Numbered from the stretch's first letter, positions 10,495 through 21,551 are shown. The stretch: 64,000 bases of DNA from an uncultured Phycisphaerales bacterium (GCA_963755915.1 CAVWLP010000002.1:2944001-3008000), one strand, 5' to 3'. Notes: generated by a model from the sequence alone, not told the origin. Translations and numbers: made by a program.

Positions 10495-10908
10495 TTAAGG
10501 ATGGTGTCGCGTGATATCGCTGAACTTGTCCAGATCAAGATCGAACGACGCCACCGCGTTACCTGTTTCAAACGCTGATGCCGCGAGGTAAGCATCCCCA
10601 AAGTCAACATTGGCCGCCTGTACCCGAGCCAGTGCGTCCACAATCCGCGACGGCTCCGAGAGATGAAACGCCGGCGTGTTCAGCAGGCCAGCCAGCGTCC
10701 GTGCCGCCCGACGCCGGTCGACATGATACGACGTTCGCAACGCATAAAATGCCTCCGCGACGGTCACCGCCGACACTTCCAAAATCACCGCTCCCCGGCT
10801 CGCCTGTTGAATGAGTTTTGCCGCACGCGGCGAAAAAACGGCGTGATCGTTGCGAAGGAACCGAATCAAAACATTCGCATCGACTTGATAAGTGGGAACC
10901 CCCGCCAT
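10495..10908 (-). CDS. vapC: PIN-domain (VapC) toxin
   Basis: VDANVLIR, TVAEA, DFGDAYLAA, SFDLD. Confidence 0.9.
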   Translation of the reverse strand: MAGVPTYQVDANVLIRFLRNDHAVFSPRAAKLIQQASRGAVILEVSAVTVAEAFYALRTSYHVDRRRAARTLAGLLNTPAFHLSEPSRIVDALARVQAANVDFGDAYLAASAFETGNAVASFDLDLDKFSDITRHHP

Positions 10909-11168
10909 CTTATCGTTTCCCCGATGCGCGCTTTCCCATCAGCTTGCGCTCGTGATTTCTCGTCGGGATCATAAGCGCCCGGGCCCCCCAACGCGCCAAA
11001 GAGCGACATCACATCCTTCAGCGGCTGCATCGTAACCACACCCGTGCCCGTCATCGAGATACGGATTTTCCCCTTCGCTCCTAAGTTCATTGCCTTGCGG
11101 ATTTTGGGTGGAAGGGTTAGTTGTCCTTTCCCAGTGACTGCGACGTCCTTGTAAAAGCCTTGCGCCAT
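10866..11168 (-). CDS. AbrB/MazE/SpoVT family antitoxin
   Basis: VTGKGQLTLPPKIRKAMNL; lies upstream of and overlaps the PIN gene. Confidence 0.85.
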   Translation of the reverse strand: MAQGFYKDVAVTGKGQLTLPPKIRKAMNLGAKGKIRISMTGTGVVTMQPLKDVMSLFGALGGPGAYDPDEKSRAQADGKARIGETIRWRGFPLIKSMRMF

Positions 11169-11401
11169 CAGCTTATTGTACAGCGTCAAATACCGCGGCC
11201 AAGCCCCGATCGAGCCACGCACAAAGAGATTCACCCCCTCTCTTGTCCCATAAGGTTAAAGTTATTCACCCACCCCTCCCGATGATTTGAGGGGATGCGC
11301 TGCGGTGCGCGGGCGAGCGAATGGGCAACGCGCACTTTTTTTCCGGGCCGACGGAACGGCTCGACTGACGCAGCCATCCAGGCAACCAAGGAAGGTCGGC
11401 C

Positions 11402-13000
11402 ATGCGAGCGATTGCCATCATCAACCAAAAGGGCGGCTGCGGTAAAACCACCACGAGCATCAACTTAGCGGCCTGTCTGGCCAGGCTTGGTCAAAAAACC
11501 TTGCTCGTCGACATGGACCCCCAGGGACACTGCGCCATCGGTCTGGCCGTCCCCGAAGAGCAGATCGAACGCACCATCTACGACTGCCTCATCGAAGAGC
11601 GCGACGGCAAACCCGTCCGCCTCCAGGAGATCGTCTGGCAGATCGCCACCGATTTCGACCTCGCTCCCGCCAACATCAAGCTTGCCGCTTTCGAGCAAAC
11701 CTTCTCCGGCCGCCTCGGACGCGAAGACCGCCTCCGCAAAGCCATTGAATCCATCAAGCAGAATTACAAGTGGTGCATCATCGACTGCCCCCCAAGCGTC
11801 GGCCTGATCACCTTCAACGCCCTCCGCGCCTGCGACGAAGTCATCGTCCCCGTCGAAACCGGCTATTTCAGCCTTCACGGCCTCGCGAAAATGATGGAAA
11901 CCCTCGAGCTCCTCCGCGACAAGTGCGACAAGGAAATCCTCATCCGAGTGCTGCCAACTCTCTACGACACCCGCACCAAGCTCGCCCGCGAGGTTCTTTC
12001 CGAGCTCCGCAACAAGTTCCGCGAATACCTCATGGAAAGCACCGTCAACTTCAACACCAAGCTCAAGGAAGCCGCCAGCTTCGGCCAGCCCATCACCGAA
12101 TACGATCCCGGCAGCCGCGGCTACAAGGATTTCGTCAACCTTGCCCGCGAGCTCATGGGCCATATCCCGATGGATGTCGAGCCCACCCCCATGGACAAAC
12201 TCTCCCGCCCCGCGGAGCTCGTCCAGCGCGCCAAGCAATTGGCCCAGCTCACGACTCTCCAGTTCGGCCGCAACGCGATCCCCGCCGCCCCCCCAGCCCT
12301 CTCGCAGACCTCCGCGCCGGCACCCGCACCCGCGCCGCAGCCCGAACCGGCGCCCGTGGAAGCAATCTCCGTCGCTCCCGCCATATCCAGCAGCGGCTCT
12401 GTCGCTCTCTCCATTCCCCGCACTCAACTCCAATTAACCGGCCGTTTGGCCGAGCAACCCGTCGCTCAGGCGGTTTCCGTCCCCATGGCCCTCTCCTCTA
12501 TTGACGAGGAAATCGCCGACTCCAGCCAGGCGACCTATCCCCGCGCCGTTGCCCAAACCCCAACTTTAACCCCTCCCAAGCCCCCCTCAGGAAACGGCAA
12601 CGGAAACGCCCCCAGCAACGGCAACGGAAGCCCAAAATTCAGCCCCGGCCCCAGCGCCGCTGGCAACGGCAACAGCCCCCCCCAGCCCCTCAAATCCACC
12701 GCCCAAAAAATCGACGAATTCTACGGCGTGAAAAAAATCGGTGACGAAGTCATCTTCGCCGCCCGTTTCGACCGCGCCAAAAAAGTCCTCATCGCCGGCG
12801 ATTTCAACAACTGGTCCCCAATGTCCACGCCCATGATCAATCGTGGCCGGCCAGGTGAGTTTTATACCTCCCTGCCTCTCCCGCCCGGACGATATCGCTA
12901 TCGCTTTGTCGTCGATGGGAAATGGATGACCGATCCAAACAACAAGTACGTTGAGGTCAATCAGTTCGGAGAACTGAACAACGTGATCGAAGTCGAATGA
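11402..13000 (+). CDS. ParA/Soj family ATPase fused via a Pro/Ala/Asn-rich linker to a C-terminal CBM48/AMPK-type glycogen-binding domain
   Basis: Deviant Walker A KGGCGKTT, DMDPQG, IIDCPP; C-terminal VLIAGDFNNW...LPPGRYRYRFVVDGKWMTDPNN...NQFGELNNVIEV. Confidence 0.88.
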   Translation: MRAIAIINQKGGCGKTTTSINLAACLARLGQKTLLVDMDPQGHCAIGLAVPEEQIERTIYDCLIEERDGKPVRLQEIVWQIATDFDLAPANIKLAAFEQTFSGRLGREDRLRKAIESIKQNYKWCIIDCPPSVGLITFNALRACDEVIVPVETGYFSLHGLAKMMETLELLRDKCDKEILIRVLPTLYDTRTKLAREVLSELRNKFREYLMESTVNFNTKLKEAASFGQPITEYDPGSRGYKDFVNLARELMGHIPMDVEPTPMDKLSRPAELVQRAKQLAQLTTLQFGRNAIPAAPPALSQTSAPAPAPAPQPEPAPVEAISVAPAISSSGSVALSIPRTQLQLTGRLAEQPVAQAVSVPMALSSIDEEIADSSQATYPRAVAQTPTLTPPKPPSGNGNGNAPSNGNGSPKFSPGPSAAGNGNSPPQPLKSTAQKIDEFYGVKKIGDEVIFAARFDRAKKVLIAGDFNNWSPMSTPMINRGRPGEFYTSLPLPPGRYRYRFVVDGKWMTDPNNKYVEVNQFGELNNVIEVE

Positions 13001-13025
13001 ACCGTGAAGTGAATTGGGGCATCCC

Positions 13026-14438
13026 ATGGACCCAAAGCGACCTCTCAGCGAAATCAGCCATCTTTTCCTGAGCGAAATCCGCGCCCGTCCCGGCTCACCC
13101 GGACGCCCCGCCCGGATTCCACCTCCCAAATCCACCGACGTCAGCGTCGACATGACCCCCGAAGAATTCTGCGCCTCGATCGAAGCCGCTTCTGACGATT
13201 CCGTCGAAACCCCGGCCGAGCCCTCCGTCGCGATGAACTATCCCGTCCGGCCCCCGGCCATTTCCATCGTTCTCTCCTCCCACCTGATGGAACACCCGTC
13301 CCAAAGCGTCCGTCAATACGCACGCTCCCTTGCCGCCGAATCGAAAAATGTCGGCCTCATCGAACTCGAAGGCGGCGAGCTTTACCTCACCACCTTTGAA
13401 ATCAACGGCGTCCAGGCCCCCTCGCCCGCCGTCGTCGAATCGATGGACCCGCGCCGAATCTCCGAAATTCTCACCGAAATGGCCGTCGACGTCGAACGAT
13501 GGATCATCTCCCTCCCCAACGCCCGAACCACCGAAGCCCGCGAGCTTCTCCGCGAAGCCCCCCACTGGGTGATGCTCACCACCGCCGACCACGAAGGCGT
13601 CGTCGCCACCTATCGCGCCCTCAAGGGCCTCACCGAACTCGGCCGGCATCGAATCTCCCTCGTTGTCCTCGACGCCCGCGACGATTCCCACGCCCAGGCC
13701 GTCTATCGCAAGCTCGACGCCGTCAGCCGACAGTTCCTCCACTGCGCCCTCGAAGCGGTTTCCCCCCTTCGCCAGGCGCAAAACGTCGCCGAGCAGGCCA
13801 TCCTCCAATGCGGCCGCACCGGCGACACCGCCGCTTCATCCGATCACTGGAACGTCATCCGCCAGTTCGCCGCCGGCGCTGTCGCGCCTCATGAGAAAAC
13901 AATTCGCGAAGAAAAATCCGCACACTCAACTTACCAAGAGCAACCCAAACCCATGAAACTCAACACCCCCGAAGCCCCTCGGATCTCCGTCGTGGACGAT
14001 TCTCTCCCCGAAGTCATCGACCTTCCCGCCGACGCCTCCGACCGCGCCATTCTCGACGCCGTCGTCCGGCAGGGGGGCGCCGACGGCCGCTGGGTCCTCT
14101 GCCCCATCCACCCGCCAATGTGCCCCGAAGCTCTCCTCGCCGTCGGACGCGACCAGCGCCTCATGCTCCTCGCCGTCGCCGGCCGCGGACTCGGCCAGCT
14201 CCTCTCCATCGGCCAGGCCCTCCGCTGGATGTCCGAGAACACCGAACTAATCCGCATGGCCCTCCCCCAACTCGCCATCGACGCCTCCGCCGCCCCCTGC
14301 GTGCGCGTCCTCGTCGATCACAACGACCTCAGCGCCGACGTCCTCCAACCGCTTCTCCAAAGCGGCACCGTCACCATCCAGGCCTACCGCCGCATCAAAT
14401 GGGCCGGCAAAACCGGACTATTGCTCGAAGCCGCATAG
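13026..14438 (+). CDS. Hypothetical protein with a degenerate FlhG/FleN(MinD)-like segment and no Walker A
   Basis: LTTADHEGVVATYRALKGL...ISLVVLDARDDSHAQAVYRKLDAVSRQFL resembles the FlhG C-terminal half; starts 25 bp after the ParA fusion. Confidence 0.55.
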   Translation: MDPKRPLSEISHLFLSEIRARPGSPGRPARIPPPKSTDVSVDMTPEEFCASIEAASDDSVETPAEPSVAMNYPVRPPAISIVLSSHLMEHPSQSVRQYARSLAAESKNVGLIELEGGELYLTTFEINGVQAPSPAVVESMDPRRISEILTEMAVDVERWIISLPNARTTEARELLREAPHWVMLTTADHEGVVATYRALKGLTELGRHRISLVVLDARDDSHAQAVYRKLDAVSRQFLHCALEAVSPLRQAQNVAEQAILQCGRTGDTAASSDHWNVIRQFAAGAVAPHEKTIREEKSAHSTYQEQPKPMKLNTPEAPRISVVDDSLPEVIDLPADASDRAILDAVVRQGGADGRWVLCPIHPPMCPEALLAVGRDQRLMLLAVAGRGLGQLLSIGQALRWMSENTELIRMALPQLAIDASAAPCVRVLVDHNDLSADVLQPLLQSGTVTIQAYRRIKWAGKTGLLLEAA

Positions 14439-14439
14439 A

Positions 14440-14533
14440 ACGAAAAATTCGAAACGCAAAACTCGAACGATAGGCCGTTTCGAATTTTAAATTTCGAATT
14501 TGATTCGTCATTCGAATTTCGAATTTCGAGTTT
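14440..14533. repeat. TTCGAA(TT)-rich short tandem repeat tract (family F)
   Basis: TTCGAATTTGATTCGTCATTCGAATTTCGA core; related tracts at 5627-5650, 19039-19095, 33958-34033, 39084-39172 and 45969-46042. Confidence 0.85.
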
Positions 14534-16906
14534 TATTTCGTCGCAGCCGGTGCATCGCGCATTGCCGGCATCGATTCCGCGGTACTAATCGTAAACGTCA
14601 TGTCTTCGCTTACATCCGTCCACTGCATCAACAACCCCTCCGGCAAATACCCCATCATTTTCCCATTCCCGATCTGCGACGCCGACGGAATCGACCGCAG
14701 CAAAACCCGCACGTTCCGCGCCCGCCCATCCCCGCTGAGCATGATCTGCTGCCCCGAGCGCCGGCACTGAATCTTCGCCGTGCTTTCTCCATCCGATGCG
14801 ACAAGTCGCAACGAAATCTCCGCCCCATCCGCAATCTGAAAAAGCTGCAACGTCAGTTCATCCTCCAGCAGCCAGGAAGGATTCCGCTTCTCGCTGGCAA
14901 CCGGGACAATCGAATTCTCCCTCACGATCAGCGGAATATGGAGAAAATCCACCTTCTCCGAAACCCATCGCCCGCCAACGATCACCCGCCCGCTCAAAAA
15001 ATTCGTCCACTTTCCCTTCGGCAGGTAATACTCCACCGTGTTATCCATCCGGAAAACCGGCGCCACCAGCAGCGACGACCCCAGCATATATTGCCGATCC
15101 AGATACGGCACCGCCGGATCCTCCGGAAATTCCAGCACCATCGCCCGCATCACCGGCCAACCAAATTCCCCCGCATCCTTCGCCGCCGCGAACAAATACG
15201 GAAAAAGCTGGTTCTTCAATTCCGCAAAGTGCCGCACCACCTGTACCGATTCCTCGTCAAACAGCCATGGCACCCGGTACGACGTCGACCCGTGCAACCG
15301 GCTGTGCGTGCTCAATAATCCAAACGCCGCCCACCGCTTGTAAACCGCCGGATTCGCCGTCCCCGAAAATCCCCCAATGTCATGGCTCCAGAACGCCGGC
15401 CCCGACATACAAAAGCTCAATCCCCCGCGCAAGCTCTCCGCCATCGATTCAAACGTCGCCTCATTATCCCCGCCCCAGTGCACCGGAAATTTCTGGCTCC
15501 CGATCGCCCCGGCCCGTGCGAACACCACGGCATTATTTTTCCCATGATGCTTCTCAAGCAGCTCGAACACCGCCTTGTTGTACAGATAGCTAAAATGATT
15601 GTGCATCAAATGCGGATCGCCCCCGTTGTGATACACCACGTCTTCCGGAATGAATTCCCCAAAATCCGTCTTGAAAGAATCAACCCCCATTTCCAGCAGA
15701 TTCCGAAGCTTCGACTGATACCACTCCACCGCCTTCGGATTGGTGAAATCCACCAGCCCCATCCCCGGCTGCCAGGCATCGCGCTGGAACACGCTCCCAT
15801 CCGCCCGCTTCAGCAGATACCCCTCCCGCGCCGCCTCCGCGAAAAGCTCCGAAAGCTGCGAAATATACGGATTGATCCACACGCAAATATGCAGCCCGCG
15901 CTCCTTCAGTCGCTTCAGCATCCCCCGCGGATCCGGAAACGCCTCCTCATCCCACTGAAAATTGCACCAGTGCCGCTCCTTCATCCAGAAGCAGTCGAAA
16001 TGAAATACGCTCAGCGGAATCTGCCGCTGCGCCATCCCCTCCACGAATTCCGTGACGGTCGCTTCGTCATATTTCGTCGTAAACGACGTGCTCAGCCAAA
16101 GCCCCCACGACCACGCCGGCGGTAGGGGGGCGCCCCGTCAGCCGCGTATACTTCTCCAGAACTTCCTTCGGCCCCGGTCCCCGAAAGACATAATAATCCA
16201 GCTCTTCCCCGCCCACGCTGAACTGAACCTGCGACACCCGTTCCGTCGCGATATCAAAATCCACCCGCCCCGTAGAATTCACCAGGATGCCATATCCCCG
16301 GTTCGAAAGCACAAACGGAATATTCTTATACGCCAGCTCGCTCCCCGTCCCCCCGTCCTCATTCCAGATCGAAACGCTCTGTCCATTCTTCACCAGCGGC
16401 CCAAACCGCTCGCCGAGCCCATACAAACATTCCCCCACCCCCAGCCGCAGCCGCTGCATCATCCAATGCTCGCCGCGCTGGCTCGTCATCTGCCCCAGGC
16501 TCTCGCGCTCCCCGCCGCTGATTACCGTTCCCCCATCCTCAAACTGCATCGACCAGCGGTTCTTATTCACCCGCAGCGAAAGCCGCCCGCTCGTAAACAC
16601 CAGCTCATCATCCCGGTCTTCAATCTTCACCCCACTCGCCGCCAGCGAATAATCCAGGTCCGCCTTCACCGTCCGCCGCGCATCGGGCATGTGATGCACA
16701 ATCCTCACCCGGATCACATCCGCCATCGGCGAGCTGATCTGCAACTGAAGAACCAGCCCCTCAAACCGATCAACCGCATCGATATCATCCCGATCCACCG
16801 CCGCGATCCATAGCGAATCCCTCGAAACGCGGTACTCCGTCACCCGCCGCACGCAAAACGGCGTAATCCCTTCAGCCCACTTCCATACACCATGGCTGAA
16901 CTTCAT
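14533..16906 (-). CDS. yicI: Alpha-xylosidase (GH31, YicI); frameshift near 16100-16130
   Basis: MKFSHGVW, YGLGERFGPLVKNGQ, FHFDCFWM, FKTDFGE, HWGGD, WSHDIGGF. Confidence 0.93.
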
Positions 16907-16933
16907 TGCCTGGTCCTTACAGCGATAAAAAAT

Positions 16934-16962
16934 ACGGGCGAGTCATTGATCGACTCGCCCGC
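16934..16962. terminator. Stem-loop downstream of the PEP-CTERM gene (likely terminator on the - strand)
   Basis: CGGGCGAGTC-loop-GACTCGCCCG, followed on the - strand by ATTTTTT. Confidence 0.6.
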
Positions 16963-16993
16963 TATTAACAACCTGTTTGCACAACTCAAAACT

Positions 16994-17731
16994 CTAAATC
17001 GTCACGGACTTCCCGCGACGGCGCCGCAGGCCCAGCAAGGCCATGCCCGCTCCCACCAGCCCCATCGAGGCCGGTTCGGGAACCTGATTAACCTGGATGT
17101 CGTCCACGTAAAACGTACCCGGCGTAGCATAATTCGTGTTGCTCCAGAGCTGAAAATCAAAATACGAAATCGATCCAGCCGAAATCGTGTAAGGAATCGT
17201 CGCTACCCCCGTTAGCAGCCCGTCCACGGTTGTGAAACTGTTGCTGCTCGGCAAAAACGGGTTGTAACCATGCCCGTCATAATTCAGGCCAACCCCGATC
17301 TCGAAATAACTTCCACCCGTGTTGGTCGGAATCGTATATGCCAGTGACAGTGTTCCGCTGTAAGCGGTAAGGGTTCCGTCCACTTGGCTATAATTCGGCG
17401 GCGGATAGGACACAGCCGTCGACCCCGGATCGAGCACACTGAGAAACGCCTGATTGGTGCTTTCACCAATGTCGACGATGTTCCCATAACCCACTTCCGG
17501 TCCGCTTATCGCCAGTGATCCCGCCGTGCCGGTTCCCCCCGGATTGGTGCTGTTACCCGCGCCGTTGGTCGTGCTTCCATCAAAATCCCAGGCAGTAGTC
17601 GGAGTGTTGGAAACTCCCCCGACGTCGTTGCCCCACCCCGTAAAATCGCTTGTCGTGGTAAACAGAGTCTGTGCCCCGGCGAATGATGAAACACCCAGGC
17701 ACAACCCCGCACACACACCCAACACTCTCAT
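16994..17731 (-). CDS. PEP-CTERM sorting domain surface protein
   Basis: Signal peptide, Thr/Gly/Ser-rich body, C-terminal VPEPASMGLVGAGMALLGLRRRR. Confidence 0.92.
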   Translation of the reverse strand: MRVLGVCAGLCLGVSSFAGAQTLFTTTSDFTGWGNDVGGVSNTPTTAWDFDGSTTNGAGNSTNPGGTGTAGSLAISGPEVGYGNIVDIGESTNQAFLSVLDPGSTAVSYPPPNYSQVDGTLTAYSGTLSLAYTIPTNTGGSYFEIGVGLNYDGHGYNPFLPSSNSFTTVDGLLTGVATIPYTISAGSISYFDFQLWSNTNYATPGTFYVDDIQVNQVPEPASMGLVGAGMALLGLRRRRGKSVTI

Positions 17732-17903
17732 TGAGTGCCGTGTAATGCGTGGGAAAATCGATATCGAAGAGCGCAATTCTCCAAACATTTCTGACCTCCT
17801 CCGAATTCGCCTGACGGCGGGGTTCGGAACCCCAAGATTTGTTCTCCGGCGATCCGACCACACTCAAGATCGCCTGCAGCAACCGTTTGCTGCAATGACG
17901 CAA

Positions 17904-17930
17904 ATTTAATCTCCTTTGTCGGATTGTCAA
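17904..17930 (-). promoter_or_regulatory. Putative sigma70 promoter for the PEP-CTERM gene
   Basis: TTGACA-16 nt-TAAATT on the - strand in an AT-rich patch. Confidence 0.45.
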
Positions 17931-18041
17931 ACAAAAAATGAATCAGACAAAGATAGATCAATTTAACTTATTTGTCCACAGCATCTTAAGGATGAAGCCC
18001 TTGCAGAAATCGGTTGCTGTTTGTTGTCCCGACTCGCGCCC

Positions 18042-18941
18042 TTAACTCTTTGGCTTTGACCTGAACGCATTCAAACTATGCACAAAATCGTCCGGAATCC
18101 CAAAATCAAACCGCTCGCAATCGCTCACTTCCAACGCCACATATCCCTCCCGCTGCCGCTGAATTTCCTGCGCTCGCGTAAGCTGAAACTCCCCGTTATC
18201 CCGCACATCACCGCGGATCATCTCCTCCAGTACCATATAGATCGACGGCGCCAGCGCGTGCATCCCAAACCACCCCAAAAAAACATCATCTTCAAGATCA
18301 TCCACCCGAAGCTTCTCCCGAGCCGTAACCACATCCGGCTTCTCAATAATCATGCTCACATCAATCAGCCCACGATTCTCCCGCCGCCGCCTCCCCGCGA
18401 TCGTCCCAAACCCCTTCAATTCCCCCGGCCCAATCCGATTCACCGCCGAAACGCTCTTTCCCCCGCACAGCGGCGCCGCCTCCACCAGCCGCCGGTAAGG
18501 GGACCTCGGCTCCCCTAGAAACAAATGATCCCCCAGGCACAGCAGCACCATCTCATCCCCCGCAAACGATTTCGTCTGATACACCGCATGTCCATACCCC
18601 TCCTGCTTATGCTGAACCGCAAACGAAATCCGCTCGTTCATCCCCCGCATCTCCCGCGCCTCAGCCGCCAGCGCCGGATATTTCTCCAGCCTTTTCAAAT
18701 ACTCCCCATCCGGTCCCGCGAAATAATCCCGTATCGCCTTATCGTCCCCCGGCTGCACGATAATGCAAACCTCCTCCATCCCCGCCGCCACCAGTTCGAT
18801 CAGATGATAATGAATCAGCGCCCGCGCAATCCCATCCCGCCCCACGATCGGGAACAGCTCCTTCTTCACCGCATGCGACGCCGGAAAATGCCGTGTCCCC
18901 AGCCCAGCCGCGGGAATTACCGCTTTTCGTATCGATTTCAT
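18042..18941 (-). CDS. Sugar-1-phosphate nucleotidyltransferase (GalU-like)
   Basis: RKAVIPAAGLGTR, KKELFPI, QEGYGHAV, IEKP, GEFQLT. Confidence 0.85.
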   Translation of the reverse strand: MKSIRKAVIPAAGLGTRHFPASHAVKKELFPIVGRDGIARALIHYHLIELVAAGMEEVCIIVQPGDDKAIRDYFAGPDGEYLKRLEKYPALAAEAREMRGMNERISFAVQHKQEGYGHAVYQTKSFAGDEMVLLCLGDHLFLGEPRSPYRRLVEAAPLCGGKSVSAVNRIGPGELKGFGTIAGRRRRENRGLIDVSMIIEKPDVVTAREKLRVDDLEDDVFLGWFGMHALAPSIYMVLEEMIRGDVRDNGEFQLTRAQEIQRQREGYVALEVSDCERFDFGIPDDFVHSLNAFRSKPKS

Positions 18942-19175
18942 CGCCAGATTCTGTGTACCGGCGGGGCCCTGATCTTGCAACCTTTGCTGGATAGCTCCGC
19001 TCCGTCAGATGCACAACGGTCGCTACTACCGCCTGAAGTTTCGGACATTCGAATTTCGAATTTGATTCGTCATTCGAATTTCGAGTTTCGAATTTGGGCT
19101 GCGGGCACTACCCACGCAAGGCTCGCCTGGTTTTTATTGCTTTGAGCCGCCCCCACACCGTAAACTACCCCACAC

Positions 19176-20292
19176 ATGGACTTCCCAATGCTGATGCGCT
19201 TCGCCGCAGACCGCGACGCATCGGACATTCACCTCCAGGGCGGCCTTTCCCCCAAGCTCCGCATCCAGGGAGCCCTCCACACCGTCGATCAGCCCGCCAT
19301 GACCGACGACGAGATCCGCAACTTCATCGCCTCCATCGCACCCGCGCATGCGCGACAAAGTCGACGAACGCCTCACCATCGGCCTCGATTTCTCCTACGC
19401 CGCTCCCGGCCTCTGCCGCTTCCGCTGCTCCGGCTATCGCGTCCTCGGCAGCCCCGGCATGACCATGCGCCTCATCAAATCCAAAATCCCCCCCATTCCC
19501 GACCTCCATCTCCCCCCGGTCGTCAACGAAATCGCCCTCTCCAGCCGCGGACTCACCCTCGTCACCGGTACCACCGGCTCCGGTAAATCCACCACCCTCG
19601 CCTCCATGATCGAGCTCATCAACAGCACCCGCGCCAACAAAATCATCAGCATCGAAGACCCCGTCGAATATCTCCACGTCCCCAAGCTCTCTCTTATCGC
19701 CCAGCTCGAAGTCGGCATGGACACCCCAAGCTTCGAGCAAGCCCTTCGCCAATCCCTCCGCCAGGACCCCGACGTCGTCCTCGTCGGCGAGCTCCGCGAC
19801 ATGGACACTCTCCGCATCGCCCTCCGCGCCGCCGACACCGGTCACCAGGTCTTCTCCACCGTCCACTCCGCCAGCGCCCCGCAAACCATCGAACGCATCA
19901 TCGCCATGTTCCCCCCCTCCGAGCACAAGCTCCTCCTCACCCAACTCTCCGGCAACCTCGAAGCCATCATCTCCCAGCGCCTCGTCCTCGGCCGCGACGG
20001 CAAACGCCGGCCCGCCGCCGAAATCCTCCGTGGCGGCCCCGTCACCCAAAAATACATCCTCGAAGGCCGAGCCCTCGAACTCGGCGACTACATCAAAAGC
20101 GCCGGCAACGGCCAACAAACCTTCGACCAGAATCTTTTGTCCCTCTTCAAACAAGAACTCATCACCCACAGCGAAGCCATCCGCCACGCCACCAACCGCG
20201 AGGCCCTGGAAATGGCCGTCCGCGGCATCGGCGCCAAAGGCGTCGCCGAATCCCCCGGCCCCGTCATCCCCACCCGCCCCAAATCCTCCTAA
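19176..20292 (+). CDS. pilT: PilT/PilU type IV pilus ATPase; frameshift near 19348
   Basis: ASDIHL, GTTGSGKSTT, IEDPVEY, LRQDPDVVLVGELRD, TGHQVFSTVH. Confidence 0.9.
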
Positions 20293-20410
20293 CGCCCATA
20301 TTCACCCGGCCTGCCGGCTTCAGTCGGCAGGTGTTCCCATCCTTCAAAACCTCCCATCTCCCAATTCCCACCTCGCAACTCCCCAACCATGTGTTAAAAT
20401 TTATAACGAT

Positions 20411-21549
20411 ATGACACAACCACTACCGCCTGGTCAGGGTCCGGTTGATCCGCGCGGTGTCTTTTCCGTCCCCCCAGCCCCCGGAATGCCCCCCGGTTTC
20501 TCCCCCGGATTTCCCCCCCCCGGAATGCCCATGCCCCCGATGATGTTTCCTCCGCCACCCCCTCCCCGCGCCGCGGCAACGCCGCCAAGTGGATCCTCAT
20601 CATCCTCCTATTCCTCGCCCTGGGAATTTCCATCCTCGTAAACCTCTTCCAATTCGCGGCCACCCTCTCCGACGTAAAACAAACTGTCCTCTCCTCCGGC
20701 GGATCCGACAAAGTCGCCGTCGTCCCCATCGACGGCCTCATTGACGACGCCTCCGCCGACGCCTTCGACATCGTCCTCAGAGAAGTCGACAAAGACGCCT
20801 CCGTCAAAGCGCTCGTCGTCGCCGTCAACACCTCCGGCGGATCCGCCATCGCTTCCGACGAAATGTACCACCGCCTCGACCTCTTCAAATCCACCCACAA
20901 AATCCCCGTCATCATCGCCATGCGCGGCATGGCCACCAGCGGTGGTTATTACGTCTCCGCCGCCGGTGATTTCATCTTTGCCGAACCCGGCTGTCTCACC
21001 GGAAACATCGGCGTCCTCTTCCCGCGCTTCAACGTCAGCCAGACCCTGAGCAAATACGGCGCCTACGAAACCACTCTCACCGCCACAACCAAAGGCCACT
21101 CCTATAAAAACGCGGGCTCCATGTTCCAGCCCGAGAACCCTCTCGACGAAGCCTATCTCCAGGGCCTCGTCGACGGCACCTTCGCCCAGTTCAAGCAGGT
21201 CGTCCTCACCGGCCGCAAGGGTAAACTCAGCGACATCCAAAACGACATCTTCAGCGGCAAAGCCTTCATTGCCGCCGACGCTCTCTCCCGCGGCCTCATC
21301 GACCAGATCGGATATCCCGACGCCGCCTATGACTACGCCGCCAAAACCGCCGGACTCACCTCCTGGTCCGTCGTCAAATATCAGAAAAACGTCAGCCTCT
21401 TCGACACCTTATCCTCACGCTCAAATTTGCCGACCGGACAGGCAAGCAGCTCCGAAGCCGGACTATCCCTCAATGGCGTAGCCATCGACGCAAAAACCGC
21501 CGCCGCACTCTTTACTTCCCGGCCCCTGCTCCTTTGGCGAGGAAACTGA
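20411..21549 (+). CDS. sppA: Signal peptide peptidase SppA (S49) with Pro-rich N-terminus; frameshift near 20570
   Basis: VNTSGGSAIASDEM, MATSGGYYVS, TGNIGV, GLIDQIG. Confidence 0.88.
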
Positions 21550-21551
21550 AA

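Noticed and set aside
11402-13000. ParA as a plasmid or chromosome partition locus
   Set aside because: No parB, parS-like palindrome or rep gene nearby; chromosomal housekeeping context.
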